DNA of 33,651 nt from Myxococcota bacterium (GTDB taxonomy: Bacteria; Myxococcota_A; UBA796; JAJRTE01; JBJTQF01): contig JBJTQF010000035.1 in NCBI GenBank assembly GCA_046075485.1, positions 1 to 33,651 of the forward strand, in the 5' to 3' direction. Numbering within the stretch: position 1 is the stretch's first letter; every line of letters begins with the position of its first letter. A model generated the notes under the pieces. The model did not search any database. It saw only the letters and a program-made list of their open reading frames with translations, and was not told where the DNA came from. Below, piece after piece: positions 9,979 to 19,409 of the stretch. The position numbers and the translations under genes are program-made.

Positions 9979-10974
9979 CTAATGTACAGAAATCATCAAT
10001 CCAACGGTGGTGCCTGGTGCATCCGGCAGCGGCGGCACCAAGATGGGGTGGAGCGACACGAGCGTCTTCTCTTGAAGAGACCTCTGCGTCACGACGTTTA
10101 ACCGTGGGACCGGTGGCCGGAGCTTCTCCGGCAAAGAAAGAATCCGATTCACCCGCTCCGTCGCGGCTTTGGTCCGGAGGAGGTCCGACACGGTACACCC
10201 GACAAATCCCAGGACGGAAATACCCATCAGGCCGCCTCCCACCAACAGAATACGCGCTGCGGCGCTGACCTCGTAAGAGCCTCCGGTGAAGAGCCCATCG
10301 GCGACCTCAAGCAGCCCTACCGCGGCCCCGACCGATGTGAAGATCACACCCGCGATGCCCACGAACTGTGACCCTCGCCAGATCTGCACCGTATCGGGAT
10401 TCACCGCATAGGGCCCCAGGTACGACCGCCAAGCCAAGGATGGCCCTACCAGCAGTGTCACCGCTCCGAGCCCCGTCAAGGGGGGGAACACCGTCCCCGT
10501 CAGCATCATGCCTGCACCAACGCCTGCGGTGCCCAGCGTCCGGCGGAAAGCGATCTGCGCCGTCTTGGGGGTCAGGACACACTGGGCGCTGCACACATCG
10601 GTATTGGACAGGTTGCCGTCGTCACATTGCTCCCCGCTCTCCAGCACGGCATTCCCACAGGTCGCGACTTTATCTTCGTCCTGACAGCTCGCGCTACAGC
10701 CGTCGTTGTCCAGCGTATTGCCATCGTCACACTGCTCATGGAGCGCCAGCTTGTAGTCACCACAGATACCGATAGAGGCTTCTGCCAGACACAGGGCTGA
10801 GCACCCATCTCCGGCTGTCAGGTTTCCGTCATCGCAGGTCTCTCCCGCATCCAGCACGGCATTTCCGCAGGTGGCGGCCCCCACGCCTTCGCCCGCTTCC
10901 GCCCGGATATGAAGGCCCATCATCAGCAGCAGCGCCACAACCCATCCCCATCCCTTCAGCCAGCCTCCGCTCAT
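9979..10974 (-). CDS. membrane protein with signal peptide, three 'Myxococcus cysteine-rich repeats' and polytopic C-terminal domain
   Basis: There are three copies of C-G-N-x-V-L-[DE]-x-G-E-x-C-D-D-G-N-x-x-x-x-D-G-C-S-x-x-C, matching the Myxococcales-specific cysteine-rich repeat (TIGR02232-like). About 5 hydrophobic helices follow. I chose the ATG at 10974 (MSGGWLKG…) because GGGGAG lies 5 nt upstream. The track start at 10980 is a GTG. Confidence 0.7.
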   Translation of the reverse strand: MSGGWLKGWGWVVALLLMMGLHIRAEAGEGVGAATCGNAVLDAGETCDDGNLTAGDGCSALCLAEASIGICGDYKLALHEQCDDGNTLDNDGCSASCQDEDKVATCGNAVLESGEQCDDGNLSNTDVCSAQCVLTPKTAQIAFRRTLGTAGVGAGMMLTGTVFPPLTGLGAVTLLVGPSLAWRSYLGPYAVNPDTVQIWRGSQFVGIAGVIFTSVGAAVGLLEVADGLFTGGSYEVSAAARILLVGGGLMGISVLGFVGCTVSDLLRTKAATERVNRILSLPEKLRPPVPRLNVVTQRSLQEKTLVSLHPILVPPLPDAPGTTVGLMISVH

Positions 10975-11175
10975 AACCACTCCCCATTCTTGCTCTTTGT
11001 TACGGTTATGTCAGGCGGTACTTCCCGGACGTCAGCGCCCCATGACGCACCACCTTGACGGGTGTTTTCCCAGGTGGTGATGGCCTGTTTTTAACGGACT
11101 CTTTCAAGGGCCCTCGCGCATGCCACGAGAGCCCAACACTCTATTCAGCAGGTCCGGGTGAAAAGCGAGTGTGCG

Positions 11176-11976
11176 TTAAGGCTTCACAAAAAGCATCACG
11201 AACCGGTCGCTGGTTCCCCGCCGTTCTCCCGCAGCCCTCGGGGAGCTATTCCAATCGCGGGTATCTTCAGGGTTGCGCAGGAAGTCAGCCTCGCCCCGGT
11301 AGAGGAAGCCTGCTTTTTCAACCTCCGCTTTCACCACCTGCTGGTCGATGCGGTGAAACGTCTGCACATCCTGAGTGCCACTGCCCATTTTCCCGCTGTG
11401 ATCGACCACCGCGTAAATGCCACCGGGCTTGAGGGCTTGGTAGATGGCGGCGTTCATGGCATTCCGGTCGATGCCCATCCACACAAAATCGTGGTAGACC
11501 AGAATGCTGAAGACCCGGTCGAAGTCCTTCACCTCCGCCGGAAAGGGATCATCGAAGGCCCGATCCAGTCGCACCACGTTGGACAGAATCGGCTTCTGAA
11601 GGCGTTCCGCCCAGGGCTTCTCTGCAAAACGTTCTAACATCGGCGGGCTGTTCACGCCATAGACCTTGCCGTCGGGCCCGACCACTCGCGCCAAGAGCTC
11701 GGCTGTATAGCCGCCGCCCGAAAAGAGCTCTGCCACCTTCTGACCGGGTGCCACCTGAAAATACGCCAGCAGCTCGGCTGGATGACGGCCCGCATCAAGG
11801 TCACGATCCGCCTGAGTGCGATCTGCGGCATTCACAGCGGACGAAATGGGGACTGGGACCGCCATCCGTCCCGCCGAAGCAGACGCCGAAGCAGACGCCG
11901 CAGGGACATTGGAGCTGGGGGTTTTGCCCGCACAGGCCGTCAGGGCCAACATCAGTGCAAAAACAACACGTCTCAT
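11176..11976 (-). CDS. lipoprotein, class I SAM-dependent methyltransferase domain
   Basis: A lipobox signal is present (MRRVVFALMLALTAC). The SAM-binding motif I is VAELFSGGGYTAELLA, followed by GKVYGVN. I chose the start at 11976 because GGAG lies 6 nt upstream. Confidence 0.7.
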   Translation of the reverse strand: MRRVVFALMLALTACAGKTPSSNVPAASASASASAGRMAVPVPISSAVNAADRTQADRDLDAGRHPAELLAYFQVAPGQKVAELFSGGGYTAELLARVVGPDGKVYGVNSPPMLERFAEKPWAERLQKPILSNVVRLDRAFDDPFPAEVKDFDRVFSILVYHDFVWMGIDRNAMNAAIYQALKPGGIYAVVDHSGKMGSGTQDVQTFHRIDQQVVKAEVEKAGFLYRGEADFLRNPEDTRDWNSSPRAAGERRGTSDRFVMLFVKP

Positions 11977-12271
11977 GTGAGACTCCATGCTTTAGGTCTG
12001 TAACAGGGGTGAAGGTCGTAGGGTATCATCATCCAACCCGTGCTTCAATGGCGTCGGCACGCATCCGTCATGAGCTGTTCTAGGGAGGGCCGGGGGCAAG
12101 AGGTCGATGGTTGGCTTTTGTCTGATGCGCACAGTCGGAAAATACGTGTCATGATGTTCTGTAATGGGCGGTGCTGGTAGGGCAAGCAGGAATGCGGTGA
12201 TCATTCGGTGGAGAAAGGGGTGCAACGTCTGTCTTATTAATGTGACAGAGACGTCGGCGGGGAGCGACGGA

Positions 12272-13366
12272 TCAGGGGAGAAATAGTGCTTCAAGGCTGG
12301 GGGTGGTGGCGGCGGCCACCAAGAGGGCGGAGAGCTGGTCGGGCTCGGTGAGTGCTTCAAGCTGGGTGCGTAGCGGCGGTGGTACGCTGCCAAACCGTGC
12401 TTCCAAAATCTGGAGGATGCTTTCTCGCTGAGCTGCGAGCCTGCCGACTGCCTGGCCCTGATGAAGACCTTCATGCAGACCCTGTTGCAGACCCTGTTGC
12501 AGACCTTCGAGCCTGCCTTGCTCCAGACCGCTCTTCGTGTAGTGCCGTGCCCAAGCGTTCTGGTAGCTGATGGCGTCCATGCGCTCCTTCATCTCAAAGA
12601 CCGAGGCAAACCGCAAGTCTGGGCTTCGGCTGACTTTTCTGAGCTTGTCATCCACTTCATTGAGAAGTTTTAATCCCATCTTCGTAACCTCCTCGTGTGA
12701 GAGCCGTTCGGCGTGCTTTAGATAGTATAGCCATTTCTCCTGGTCTGTCCGCAGCTCTTTCGGGGGGATCTTAAACTTGCGCAGCTCCGCAAAGACCAGG
12801 GTGAGCTGATCAGACAGTTCCTTCCCAGAGCTCGTATCACATAGCCGGCCCTGGGTCACCGGATGAGGCCAGTCTGAGACCGGCGTGAGCAGGTTCCAGC
12901 TCAAGATATGAATGCTGATCGAACGTCCGAGCTCGGCATAGTCCTGGCCCGCATCGAGCTGCTGTGAATGAATCCGGGTGAGATAGAAGACGGCCCGGGC
13001 CATATAGTCCGGCTGGCCGACGAGCTGAAGCTCAATGTGCAGCAGACGCCCCTCATCATCCCGCACGAGCAGATCCAGAACGGGGGTTTTATCACCCGCG
13101 TGAGGGCTGAGCTGACGGGTCTCGAGCCGCTCGACCTTGCGGATCTGATCGCGCTGCTCGAGCTGGAGCAGCGCATTGAGGAGCCCGATGAGCAGGCGAT
13201 GATCGTTTTCGCCGTCAAAGACGCGGAGAAAAACGACCTCCAGGATGAGCTTGAGCTTGCCATTGAAGTCATGACGAAGGATGTGCTCGGAATAGGCTCT
13301 GAGGAGCGTATCGAGCTGTTCGGAGTTCTCAGGGATGTCAAAGATGTCAAAAGTATCGATTGGCAT
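12272..13366 (-). CDS. Rpn-family recombination-promoting nuclease / putative transposase (PD-(D/E)XK, YhgA-like) with DUF4351-like C-terminus
   Basis: A PD-(D/E)XK core is present (…DLLVRDDEGRLLHIELQ…). The C-terminal module is typical of Rpn proteins (GRLEGLQQGLQQGLHEGLHQG…ILEARFG.VP…LEAL.). The gene and its flanks are visibly lower in GC than their neighbours. I chose the ATG at 13366 (MPIDTFD…) because a GAGGG RBS precedes it. The track start at 13435 is a GTG. Confidence 0.65.
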   Translation of the reverse strand: MPIDTFDIFDIPENSEQLDTLLRAYSEHILRHDFNGKLKLILEVVFLRVFDGENDHRLLIGLLNALLQLEQRDQIRKVERLETRQLSPHAGDKTPVLDLLVRDDEGRLLHIELQLVGQPDYMARAVFYLTRIHSQQLDAGQDYAELGRSISIHILSWNLLTPVSDWPHPVTQGRLCDTSSGKELSDQLTLVFAELRKFKIPPKELRTDQEKWLYYLKHAERLSHEEVTKMGLKLLNEVDDKLRKVSRSPDLRFASVFEMKERMDAISYQNAWARHYTKSGLEQGRLEGLQQGLQQGLHEGLHQGQAVGRLAAQRESILQILEARFGSVPPPLRTQLEALTEPDQLSALLVAAATTPSLEALFLP

Positions 13367-13706
13367 GTGGAAACCCTCATAAAACTGAAGAGCTAAGTCT
13401 CCTAAGCAGTTTACCACACATTTGGGACGATGCACCGCATCCAGTGATGCCGTGAGCCTGAGCCAGCCGTGGTCGCGCCCCCTCTGCCTCGAGGCTCTCT
13501 TGGGGCTCGCGCGTTTTCCCCACCTGGACCCACCTCCACTGCTTCCCTCGTGCAGCCGTCTTGCTTACGCAGGCGCGATGCCAAAATAGCCGTTGCTTCT
13601 GCGTTTTTTTGATCCAGTCTCACACATTTCAATCAAGACAATCCAAGCTCGTTCCGATAAACCAGCGGTGAGAACCCCTTAATTCCCGCTTTGGATGGAC
13701 TGAGCC

Positions 13707-16145
13707 ATGATCACCATACCCCGATCTCCACGTCTACCGTCGCTCGTTGGGTGCTCCTTTGTATCGCGCATGAGGCGCACGCCCTCGCTGCTGCTGCTGG
13801 CCTGTGTGTCGTCACTGCTGACCGCTTGTGATGACGGACATTATGCCATCGATATCGGCATCTATCCCACGGTGACGCCGATGGTGGAGACTCCGACCGC
13901 CACTCCCGCTGAGCATCCCAGCCCGACCCCCACGCCCGAGCAGACCCCTCCGATGGATCAAGATGGTGATGGCTACAACGTGCAGACCGACTGCGACGAC
14001 TTGGATCCCAACCTCTACCCCGGAGCCCCTGAGCGCCCCTACGATGGCATCGATCAAGACTGCTCCGGCACCGACCTCATCGATGTGGATGGAGACGGAT
14101 TTTCCTCCGTCGTGGTGGGGGGAGACGACTGCAACGACTACAACGCCAGCATCTTTCCCACTCAATCCGAGACCGCCGATGGGCTCGACAACAACTGCTC
14201 GGGAGCTGCCGACGAAAACACCGAGGTCATCGACGATGACGGAGATGGCTTTAACGAGCTCGCCGGAGACTGCGACGATGCCAATCCCTCCCGCTTTCCT
14301 GGCGCGGCGGAAGTCCCCTACGATCAGGTCGATCAAGACTGTGATGGTGCCGATCTCGCCGATGTGGATCGGGATGGTGTGCCCGGTGGAGCAGAGGGCG
14401 CCGATTGTGACGATTATAATGCGGCCATCTCTCCCCGCATGCCCGAGCAGTGCAACGGCAGCGACGACAACTGTGATGGACAGGTGGATGAGGCGCTCGA
14501 AGTGCTCTCGTATGAAGATCGGGATCAAGACGGTTTTGGCAACAGCAACCGCCCCGTCAAAACCTGTGACAGTGGCTTTCAGACTTCCACCCAGGGAGGA
14601 GACTGCAACGACAGCAGCAGCAGTATCCATCCAGGTGCTTCGGAGAGCTGCGATGGTCAGGACAATGACTGTAACGGCACAGTGGATGATAACGCCGGCA
14701 ACCTCTTCTACCAAGATCGAGATGGTGATCTCCAGGGCAATTTGGCTGTCACCTCGAGAGGATGCACCCTCCCGAGTGGTTTTGTGGCCAACAGCCGCGA
14801 CTGTAATGATCAGGATCCCGCCATCTATTCCGGTGCCCCCGAGCGATGTAATGGCATCGATGACGACTGTGATCAGCTCGCCGATGAAGACATCCGCCGC
14901 ACCGTCTATCCCGACCAAGACGGGGATGGTTATGGCCTGAGCACCCAACCTTCTCAAGATTGTATGCTCCGCCCTGGTTTTGTAGACAATGGCGCAGACT
15001 GCGATGACACCTCCAGCGCCATCCGTCCCGGAGCCCTCGAGCTGTGCAATGGCATCGACGACGACTGTGATGGTGCCTTCGACGATGGATATGCTCAGCG
15101 CACCTACTTCCGTGACATGGATGAGGATGGTTATGGCAACCACTCATTGCCGCTCAGTGCTTGTGCGCCTCCAGATGGATATGTCGAGCGTGGGGACGAC
15201 TGCAATGACGCCGATGCAAAGATTTATCCCGACGCCGATGAGCAATGTGACGCCCTCGACAACGACTGTGATGGCAAATACGATGAAGAGGTAACGACCC
15301 TTTATTACCTGGATACCGATGGAGATGGTTTTGGGGTGAATGATGTCACCTTCGTCGGCTGCGCTGCTCCTGCCGGATTCTCCGCCAGCAGTGGAGACTG
15401 CAACGATGGCGAAGCTCAGGTCAATCCCGGTGTGGCCGAAGACGCGAACCTCGAGGACGACAACTGCAACGGCCAAGTCGATGAAGGGGTCTATTTCAAG
15501 AGCTGCGCGGAGCTCCACTCAGCGGATCCCAGCGCGCCTTCCGGTGCCTACGTGCTGGATGTGGATGGTGTTGAAGGGGCCATGCCTCCCCGCAGTATTT
15601 GGTGTGAGATGTCCCGCGACGGTGGAGGCTGGACCCTGTGTGCTTCTTTTGGCCATCAGCGCGCTCACGACGGCCTGGGGTTCACCACGGAGACCTGGTC
15701 TACCGGCTCTTTTGCCTTCCTCTCGGGGGGATCGGTCACGAGCTGGGGCAACTTCTGTCCAGAACTCTCAGTAAATGAGCTGTATGTGGAGATGCGCAGC
15801 AATCCCAAGACCACGCTCTTTACCACCGGCCTCTTCCGCACCCTGGGAGAAAATCCTTTCACACTGGAGGGTTTTAGCTCGTATGGCAACGGTGAGAAAG
15901 ATGTCGTGGCTTTTTATAACCGCTCCTCGGCTCAACCTCGGGGTCAGTTCTTCAGTGGCATCGGCTGTGGTACGCAGAGCTCACTCGCCAGTCAGGGCTC
16001 GGCGCTCTGTGTGAGTGATGGCACGGCCTATCAGACGATGGTGGGTGATAAAGACGGCAACGACGCCGCCGATGATTGGATGAACACCCTCTCAAGCATC
16101 GGTGGCATGGACGAGGACAATGCCCTGCTCTACTTCGTGCGCTGA
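13707..16145 (+). CDS. secreted lipoprotein with ~9 tandem MopE-type 'putative metal-binding motif' repeats and a C-terminal fibrinogen-like (FReD) domain
   Basis: There are repeated ~45-55-aa units of the form D-x-D-[GQ]-D-G-[YF]…DC[ND]D…I.PGA.E.CNG.DDDC[DN]G, the Cu-binding_MopE / putative metal-binding motif common in Myxococcales. The C-terminal ~250 aa contains GAYVLDVDG…PPRSIWCEMSRDGGGWTLC, matching the fibrinogen C-terminal core (VYCDM.TDGGGWTV). A lipobox signal MRRTPSLLLLACVSSLLTAC is present. The true start may be the ATG at 13770 rather than 13707. Confidence 0.8.
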   Translation: MITIPRSPRLPSLVGCSFVSRMRRTPSLLLLACVSSLLTACDDGHYAIDIGIYPTVTPMVETPTATPAEHPSPTPTPEQTPPMDQDGDGYNVQTDCDDLDPNLYPGAPERPYDGIDQDCSGTDLIDVDGDGFSSVVVGGDDCNDYNASIFPTQSETADGLDNNCSGAADENTEVIDDDGDGFNELAGDCDDANPSRFPGAAEVPYDQVDQDCDGADLADVDRDGVPGGAEGADCDDYNAAISPRMPEQCNGSDDNCDGQVDEALEVLSYEDRDQDGFGNSNRPVKTCDSGFQTSTQGGDCNDSSSSIHPGASESCDGQDNDCNGTVDDNAGNLFYQDRDGDLQGNLAVTSRGCTLPSGFVANSRDCNDQDPAIYSGAPERCNGIDDDCDQLADEDIRRTVYPDQDGDGYGLSTQPSQDCMLRPGFVDNGADCDDTSSAIRPGALELCNGIDDDCDGAFDDGYAQRTYFRDMDEDGYGNHSLPLSACAPPDGYVERGDDCNDADAKIYPDADEQCDALDNDCDGKYDEEVTTLYYLDTDGDGFGVNDVTFVGCAAPAGFSASSGDCNDGEAQVNPGVAEDANLEDDNCNGQVDEGVYFKSCAELHSADPSAPSGAYVLDVDGVEGAMPPRSIWCEMSRDGGGWTLCASFGHQRAHDGLGFTTETWSTGSFAFLSGGSVTSWGNFCPELSVNELYVEMRSNPKTTLFTTGLFRTLGENPFTLEGFSSYGNGEKDVVAFYNRSSAQPRGQFFSGIGCGTQSSLASQGSALCVSDGTAYQTMVGDKDGNDAADDWMNTLSSIGGMDEDNALLYFVR

Positions 16146-16146
16146 G

Positions 16147-17385
16147 TTAAAAATGCGGAGCCGGTACTCCGTCCGTCGGACTCGGTACAGCAGGATTCGA
16201 CACGGCAGGATTCAAGACCTCGGGGCTCGGCACTGCCTCGAGGCCCATTTCAAACGGGAGCTGAAAGGTCTGCTGGAGCGGCTGTCCCTGTGCATCGAAG
16301 ATCCAGGGGCCTCTCACCACCAGCCGATAGGATCCCGCAGCCAACGGACGCAGCGGATGCACCACCGCTGTCTGCCGATCTTCCATATACACACCGCAGG
16401 CCAGCACCTTCTCCGCTGCATCCACCAACACCAGGGTGCTGGGGGAGAGGCTGGCTCCATTCATCTCCCGATCAAAATACAGTCGAAGCTGAGGATCCGG
16501 CTCCATCCTGCCCGGTGGGGTAAAGGACTCCAGCCGAGGTGCTGCTGGAGCGTGCGCCGCGTAGCCTGGGCTCCAAGTGTCGAAGGCATAGGCGGAGTCC
16601 ACCACCACATCGGTGACATCCCACCAGAGCTGTCCGGCCAAATGCAACCGGGGAGGGACAAACACCATCGTGCTTCCCGCACCCCCCCCACGCGGCGCAG
16701 GCGCTCGCGGAGGCGGCGGCAGGTTATAATCCGACCGACTCCCGGAAAAGACCCGCTCGGGCCTGCCTTTGATCTCCGGGAGATTGTCCCGCAGCAACAC
16801 CAGGGTCAGCACCAAGCCGATCACGATCACCACACTGAAGGCCACAATCGCCACTCGGCCCCAGGGCACCTTCTTAACCACCAGCCTCACCACCGCCGAC
16901 TCTTGAGGCTTCACTTCAAAGGTGATCACCTTGTCTTCGTTGGGCTGAGAGGGACGATCATGCTGGCGGATCTCCACCACCTCGAGCAGATACTTACCCG
17001 GCACGAGGTCACTTCGGTTCCACTGAGGGCTCTGCTCTCGATGGACCAGCTCCCAGCGACCATTCCGCTCCAGCCAGAGCTGAGTCAGCACGTTCCCTTG
17101 AAAGAGACGCTGGCTCTGCGCATCCGTGGCGTATCGAAAGGCTTGAAACTGGATCCCAGCCACATTCTGCTGCTCCGACATCCCCAACGAAGAGGAGGTC
17201 TCCACGCTGCTGAGCTCGGCCAGCGGCGGCTCGGCCCGTGGCGAGTCGGCAGGAGGTTGGGAGGGCAGGGCAGTGGTCACCCGGAGCTGAGTGCAGGCAA
17301 GCTGCGCCATCAAGACCGCTCCACTTAAGGCCAGGCAGCCCCAACGGGATAGCCTTCCTGTCATGCGCGAGAGAGGCTTGCTCAT
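16147..17385 (-). CDS. hypothetical bitopic membrane protein (lipobox-like N-terminus, single TM, Pro-rich segment, Ig-like C-terminal domain)
   Basis: The ORF has the N-terminus MSKPLSRMTGRLSRWGCLALSGAVLMAQLAC and a TM helix VAIVAFSVVIVIGLVLTLVLL. A PPPPRAPAPRGGG stretch and a C-terminal beta-rich domain follow. An AAAGGAAG RBS lies 7 nt before the ATG at 17385. The track start at 17403 is a TTG. The stop is 1 bp from the convergent MopE gene stop. Confidence 0.5.
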   Translation of the reverse strand: MSKPLSRMTGRLSRWGCLALSGAVLMAQLACTQLRVTTALPSQPPADSPRAEPPLAELSSVETSSSLGMSEQQNVAGIQFQAFRYATDAQSQRLFQGNVLTQLWLERNGRWELVHREQSPQWNRSDLVPGKYLLEVVEIRQHDRPSQPNEDKVITFEVKPQESAVVRLVVKKVPWGRVAIVAFSVVIVIGLVLTLVLLRDNLPEIKGRPERVFSGSRSDYNLPPPPRAPAPRGGGAGSTMVFVPPRLHLAGQLWWDVTDVVVDSAYAFDTWSPGYAAHAPAAPRLESFTPPGRMEPDPQLRLYFDREMNGASLSPSTLVLVDAAEKVLACGVYMEDRQTAVVHPLRPLAAGSYRLVVRGPWIFDAQGQPLQQTFQLPFEMGLEAVPSPEVLNPAVSNPAVPSPTDGVPAPHF

Positions 17386-17424
17386 GGCGCGTCTTCCTTT
17401 CAACTCCGGGTATGCCAGAGATCC

Positions 17425-18528
17425 TTACTGCCGCTTGGTGCCTTTGGGGGGCGGAGGAGGTGCAGGTGCCACCGGCGGAGGCGGCGCAAGCTGCTGCTTG
17501 AGCTTCGCTCGATCCGCAATGCGGGAGGACAAGATCGCCACATAATTCTGGCAGCGACCGTTGCTCTTCTCGATGCAGGACTGTTGCGCCAGCTTATAGG
17601 CACCATCCAGATCGCCCTCGACCTCTTTGGCAATGGCCAAGTTATAGAGGGCTTTGCCCCGGTTTTTCGGGTTGGGATCGGTCTTCATCGTCTCCCAGAT
17701 GTTGACCGCGCCCATCCAGTCATTCACCTTCACATGATCGGCGGCCTTTTTCAGCCGGTCATCGAAGCTGGTATAATAAGAACGCTCCACGTAGATGTAG
17801 GTCGGAGCGATACGCCGAGCGTAAAAATCTCCAAAATAGCGGGCACCTTCCAACACCCAGCCTTCTTGAGACGGAAGCTGAGCAGCGGCTTCTTGGAAGG
17901 TATCGGCGGTGAAGCTCCAGTGTTGCTGGCGATCTTTATTGAGCTGCTCATCCAAGATCGTGCCCTGGCGCGCATCGTACAGACGCCAACCAATGACCAG
18001 GGTGCCATCCATCGCGGCTTCATGCTGACGCTTTTTGTGCGGTTTTCCGTTCTCGTCGGTATATTCGGTCATGATCTCTTTGTCGATCACCGTCATGTCG
18101 GAGTCAAACATCTCGAGAGAGATGATGGCGTCACACTTCTCACGCGCGCAGATGCGCTGAGCGGTGGTGCCGCTGAGCACACTCATCAGCAGATCGGACT
18201 CCACGCTGAGGGCGTCGGTGGCAGGACGAATGACCTTAAATCGGGGAGAAGCCGCCAACAACTCGGAGACACGATTGAGGGCCTCTCGTCGTCCTGCTTG
18301 ATCGAGCCCAATTTGTTCGCCGGTCAGCGCACCTTCCAGCGCCGCCAGCACCTTCCCACCCGTTGAGGTGGCTTGGCTGCGATCAATCACCGCCAGCGTC
18401 TGGATTTGCGGAGGCACATATACATCGGCGGGTCGAAGCACATTCAGCGTGACAGTGGAGGCACACCCGGTCCCCAATGCACCCACCAAGAGCAGGGACA
18501 CCCAGGCCAGGTTTTTATGAAACGTCAT
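17425..18528 (-). CDS. hypothetical lipoprotein with C-terminal TPR-like hairpin and poly-Pro tail
   Basis: An AAGGAG RBS lies 8 nt before the ATG at 18528 (MTFHKNLAWVSLLLVGALGTGCAS, lipobox). The C-terminal KALYNLAIAKEVEGDLDGAYKLAQQ is a TPR-like pair. The protein ends in APPPPVAPAPPPPPKGTKRQ. It lies 40 bp upstream of the next gene on the same strand, so the two are probably co-transcribed. Confidence 0.55.
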   Translation of the reverse strand: MTFHKNLAWVSLLLVGALGTGCASTVTLNVLRPADVYVPPQIQTLAVIDRSQATSTGGKVLAALEGALTGEQIGLDQAGRREALNRVSELLAASPRFKVIRPATDALSVESDLLMSVLSGTTAQRICAREKCDAIISLEMFDSDMTVIDKEIMTEYTDENGKPHKKRQHEAAMDGTLVIGWRLYDARQGTILDEQLNKDRQQHWSFTADTFQEAAAQLPSQEGWVLEGARYFGDFYARRIAPTYIYVERSYYTSFDDRLKKAADHVKVNDWMGAVNIWETMKTDPNPKNRGKALYNLAIAKEVEGDLDGAYKLAQQSCIEKSNGRCQNYVAILSSRIADRAKLKQQLAPPPPVAPAPPPPPKGTKRQ

Positions 18529-18791
18529 GATCGAGACTCCTTGCAGAGCATGGTTATGGAACAGCTCCAAACGCTCAGAAACTTTCCTCGTTGGCCTGCC
18601 ACTTCTGAGCACCTGATGGATGGGATTGACGTTGCCTCACACGAGGTATTCAATCAACTCAAGGTATTTCTAGTGTGAAAGTACCTGCAACGCAACCGAA
18701 AAATCTTGCTTCACCCATATTCAATTTGGCGCTCGGCCTTCTCATTTGATATGGTAGCAGATCAGAACACCCGACAAAAGGAGGGCTCCGT

Positions 18792-19337
18792 ATGGCGCGC
18801 GTACTGGTTCCACTGGCGGAGGGTTTTGAAGAGATCGAAACCGCAAGCATCGTCGATGTGTTGAGGCGAGGGGGCATCGAAGTCATCCTCGCAGGCACCT
18901 CAAACGCGGAGCTGTACCGTGGCTCTCGTGGCATCATCTTTCAAGCGGATGTGGCGCTGACCCAGGCGGAAGGCCCGTGGTCGATGGTGATCCTGCCCGG
19001 CGGCGGTAAGGGGGTCGAGAACCTGCTCCGCTGTGAGCTGCTGCTTCAGCTCCTGCGTGCGCGTGCGGAGGCGCGGGAGCCTGTGGCGGCCATCTGTGCG
19101 GGTCCGCGTGTGCTCGATGCAGTACGAGCGCTTCCTCCAGGCCAGTTTACCTGCTATCCCGGACTTCAAGCTCAGCTCAAGTCCTCCGGGCGTCGCTCCG
19201 AAGTGGTGGTCGATGCAGGACATGTGATCACCTCCCAAGGACCAGGCACCGCCATGACCTTTGCCTTGTACCTGTTGGGCCGACTGCGCGGCGAAGAAGT
19301 GCGGGCTGAAGTCGCGCGCGGTTTACTTGTCCACTGA
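18792..19337 (+). CDS. DJ-1/PfpI (ThiJ/YajL-like) family protein
   Basis: 181 aa. The N-terminal strand is ARVLVPLAEGFEEIETASIVDVLRRGGIEV. The nucleophile elbow is AICAGPRVL (Cys in the C-A-G-P context). An AAGGAGGG RBS lies 6 nt upstream. Confidence 0.85.
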   Translation: MARVLVPLAEGFEEIETASIVDVLRRGGIEVILAGTSNAELYRGSRGIIFQADVALTQAEGPWSMVILPGGGKGVENLLRCELLLQLLRARAEAREPVAAICAGPRVLDAVRALPPGQFTCYPGLQAQLKSSGRRSEVVVDAGHVITSQGPGTAMTFALYLLGRLRGEEVRAEVARGLLVH

Positions 19338-19409
19338 GCCGAGCTCCGCTCGATGAGCTGTCTTCCTCTGAGCTGAGCCGTTCCGCGCGGCTGTGTGTCC
19401 TTCCCTCAT

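Noticed and set aside
11992-12474. 160-aa minus-strand ORF overlapping the 3' end of the Rpn gene
   Set aside because: It overlaps the Rpn CDS by ~200 bp in another frame. The non-overlapping part is Pro-rich low-complexity with no start context.
13812-15143. 443-aa minus-strand and 325-aa plus-strand alternative-frame ORFs inside the MopE-repeat gene
   Set aside because: They lie entirely within a well-supported repetitive high-GC CDS. They are antisense or off-frame and have no motifs.
16102-17328. 408-aa plus-strand ORF antisense to the membrane-protein gene
   Set aside because: The product is Arg/His-rich nonsense. It overlaps a gene that has an RBS and a TM helix on the other strand.
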